Shown here one piece after another: positions 4,123 through 6,045 of a DNA stretch of 6,045 nucleotides (positions are counted from its first letter, which is position 1; every line of letters starts with the position of its first letter). The notes beneath the pieces were generated by a model. The model ran no database searches. It was not told where the DNA came from and saw nothing but the letters and a program-made list of their open reading frames with translations. The DNA is from a virus. The position numbers and the translations under genes were made by a program. The stretch covers positions 1-6,045 of IMG/VR virus record IMGVR_UViG_3300020029_000274; one strand, written 5' to 3'.

Positions 4123-5922
4123 ATGGGAAAACAACCCTTTATTTCTCACGCTGTAAATGGTTACTCTCGGTACGATGTTCCCGAGAGTAAGGCCTTTACG
4201 TGTACACCGGGTATTTTGTATCCGGTGCGAATCGATTTTATTAATGCTCGCGACCGCGTATCTATCGAGCAAGGCGTTGATATTCGCAGTAACCCTCTTG
4301 CTGTTCCGACTTTCAATCCCTATACCATTCGACTTCATCGTTTTTGGGTGCCACTGCAGTTGTATCACCCTGAGTTGAGGACCAATAGTAGCAAGTTCGA
4401 TATGAATGATTTGAGCTTGAATTGGATTACAGCCCTTGTTGGCACTTCGGGTACCACTACTCCTAATTCTGCCCTTGGTGCTTCGCGTGCTTATCCTAAT
4501 TCGCTTATGGCTTGGCTTCGTGTTTCCAATAAGACGTCGTTGCAACTTTCTAATCAGCCTCCGTATACCGCTAGTCTCCCCTCTGGTGCTTCGGTCAATC
4601 AGTGGGCAAATGCTGATACGTATTTAGCTTATTGGGACATTGTTCGAAACTATTATAGTTACTCGCAGTGGGGCTTATTTTCGATTGCGTGGCCCGCTTC
4701 CTGGTCGATTCTGGATAACTCCTTTTCTTATGCTACCGAAGCTACGTTTTTTAAGCAGGAGTATTCTAACCTAGAATTTCTTGACGCTTATTTTGAGAGT
4801 CAGTTTTACCCGTCGGCCGTTTCGAGTACAAATAATACTTTTAATAGGGGTAATTTGTTCTTCCAAATAATCAATTCTCAACTCCCGTCGGGCGGCGACC
4901 AAGATGGCTACCCTGTTTCTACCACACTTCCCAGTGGCGCCAATATCGTTGTCGGAAAAGGTCCCTCTGGTCAATTTTCTACCTCTGAAGGCACCGCCTC
5001 TGTTTCTGCTATTTCTGCCTTCTTGTTTGCGCATCCTATGGCTGTTGTACCCTCGAACCCTGATCGATTTAGCCGGCTTATTCCCGTAGGTTCTTCGTCT
5101 GCGGTCTCTATGACCGGCGTAAGCACTATTCCGCAGTTGGCCATTGCTTCTCGCCTTCAGGAATACAAAGACCTTCTCGGTGCTGGAGGCAGCCGTTATA
5201 GCGATTGGTTGGAAACGTTTTTTGCGTCGAAGATTGAACATGTTGACCGTCCGAAGCTCCTTTTTAGTGCTTCGCAGACCGTCAATGTGCAGATTGTTAT
5301 GAATCAAGCCGGCCAAAATAATTTTGCCAACCAGGGCGTTAATGGTCCTCTAGGTCAACAAGGTGGTGCCATTGCTTTCAATGATCGCCTTGGTCGTCGG
5401 CAGTCTTACTATTTCCGTGAACCTGGTTATTTAATCGATATGCTGAGTATTCGCCCTGTTTACTTTTGGAGCGGTATTACACCCGATTATCTGAATTATC
5501 AAGGCTCGGATTACTTCAATCCTATTTACAACGATATTGGTTATCAGGATGTTCCTGCCGCACGGCTTTTTAGTAATGCTGCGGGTTCGGATCTTGGACT
5601 TGCTGTTGCTTACGAGCCTTGTTTTAACGAGTTTCGTTCGTCTTATGATGAAGCATTAGGCTCGTTGTCGTCGTACCCCGCTCCTTCATTAGGCATCCCC
5701 AGGCCTATTTATTCGTATTGGGTGCAGCAGCGCTCGCTTGGTTTTTCGTATGTAGGCTCTGCCGGCGCTAATTATTATCCCGCACTTTTCGTGGATATGG
5801 CGCAGGTTAATGCTCCTTTTGCCTCTAATGTAGAGGATAATTTTTTTGTAAATATGTCTTATTCAGTCCAGAAGAAGAATTTGGTGAATAAAACCTTTGC
5901 TACTCGTTTGTCTAATCGTTAA
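4123..5922 (+). CDS. VP1: Major capsid protein (VP1, phiX174 F analogue), 599 aa
   Basis: The conserved Microviridae capsid blocks are readable. The N-terminal block is SRYDVPESKAFTCTPGILYPV...PLAVPTFNPYTIRLHRFWVPLQL (about nt 4162..4362). The central block is IPQLAIASRLQEYKDLLGAGGSRYSDWLETFFASKIEHVDRPKLLF (5128..5274; compare the LR.A..LQ.W.E...R.G.RY.E....FGV...D.R..RP pattern). Further blocks are FREPGYLIDMLSIRPVYFWSGI and DYFNPIYNDIGYQDV. It is the largest ORF and starts 3 nt after the Rep stop. Confidence 0.95.
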   Translation: MGKQPFISHAVNGYSRYDVPESKAFTCTPGILYPVRIDFINARDRVSIEQGVDIRSNPLAVPTFNPYTIRLHRFWVPLQLYHPELRTNSSKFDMNDLSLNWITALVGTSGTTTPNSALGASRAYPNSLMAWLRVSNKTSLQLSNQPPYTASLPSGASVNQWANADTYLAYWDIVRNYYSYSQWGLFSIAWPASWSILDNSFSYATEATFFKQEYSNLEFLDAYFESQFYPSAVSSTNNTFNRGNLFFQIINSQLPSGGDQDGYPVSTTLPSGANIVVGKGPSGQFSTSEGTASVSAISAFLFAHPMAVVPSNPDRFSRLIPVGSSSAVSMTGVSTIPQLAIASRLQEYKDLLGAGGSRYSDWLETFFASKIEHVDRPKLLFSASQTVNVQIVMNQAGQNNFANQGVNGPLGQQGGAIAFNDRLGRRQSYYFREPGYLIDMLSIRPVYFWSGITPDYLNYQGSDYFNPIYNDIGYQDVPAARLFSNAAGSDLGLAVAYEPCFNEFRSSYDEALGSLSSYPAPSLGIPRPIYSYWVQQRSLGFSYVGSAGANYYPALFVDMAQVNAPFASNVEDNFFVNMSYSVQKKNLVNKTFATRLSNR

Positions 5923-5924
5923 TA

Positions 5925-6045
5925 CATTAACCTTATGGCACTTGATTGGTTTCTTGAAGATACTCCCGCCTACGTTTCTCGCGGTCAGCGTATTCTTTCT
6001 GTTCTCGACGGTTCTGGCTCTGTTGATGTTCTTCCTGGTCGTCCA
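5925..6045. repeat. Terminal direct repeat, copy 2 (identical to 1..121)
   Basis: Exact 121-nt copy of the window start; see the feature at 1..121. Confidence 0.9.
5935..6045 (+). CDS. Duplicate 5' fragment (first 37 codons, runs off the window) of the 98-aa acidic protein gene, created by the circular overlap
   Basis: The ATG at 5935 corresponds to the ATG at 11 and the sequence is identical to 11..121. It is the same gene seen a second time, not an additional gene. Confidence 0.6.
   Translation, partial: MALDWFLEDTPAYVSRGQRILSVLDGSGSVDVLPGRP

Noticed and set aside
610-5316. Minus-strand ORFs (610..867, 991..1191, 1510..2088, 1677..1886, 3664..4002, 4108..4545, 4771..5316)
   Set aside because: Each is antisense to a well-supported + strand gene. 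Their translations are R/S/N/I/K/T-rich low-complexity strings, as expected when T-rich third positions are read as A-rich first positions. Microviridae genomes are transcribed from one strand only.
1-6045. CRISPR arrays, rRNA/tRNA genes, integrase or transposase genes, toxin-antitoxin pairs
   Set aside because: No spaced direct repeats, no cloverleaf-compatible segments, and no ORFs with recombinase, transposase or recognisable toxin motifs were found on either strand.

Overview
This window is a complete single-stranded DNA phage genome of the family Microviridae, given in linear form. Bases 1..121 recur exactly at 5925..6045, so the underlying molecule is a 5,924-nt circle and the repeat is an assembly overlap. 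All supportable genes are on the + strand, tightly packed, with T-rich third codon positions. The three hallmark genes are recognisable directly from the translations: major capsid protein VP1/F (4123..5922), HUH rolling-circle replication initiator VP4/A (3049..4119), and DNA pilot/minor capsid protein VP2/H (634..2010). A 98-aa acidic, scaffold-like protein (11..307) follows the capsid gene across the circle junction. Four small lineage-specific ORFs remain. They are a 63-aa predicted lipoprotein (441..632), two ~106-aa proteins of unknown function behind their own promoter-like element (2095..2415 and 2427..2750), and a small basic protein whose stop overlaps the Rep start (2903..3049). Three non-coding gaps carry visible structure. 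The first is a GC-rich nested-helix island (338..415). The second is a poly-T tract with a Bacteroides-type -33/-7 promoter match (2011..2094). The third is a 10-bp GC hairpin followed by an AT-rich TGATATAAT box that loosely resembles the phiX174 nick-site core (2798..2848). No start codon has a Shine-Dalgarno sequence, which together with the promoter match points to a Bacteroidota host (inference). The best candidates for undescribed biology are the miniature lipoprotein and the two-gene accessory cassette. The lipoprotein could be a lysis/release or exclusion factor in a phage group with no known lysis gene. All minus-strand ORFs and the +1-frame hydrophobic ORFs in the track are best explained as compositional shadows. 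No tRNA, rRNA, CRISPR array, integrase or transposase is visible.
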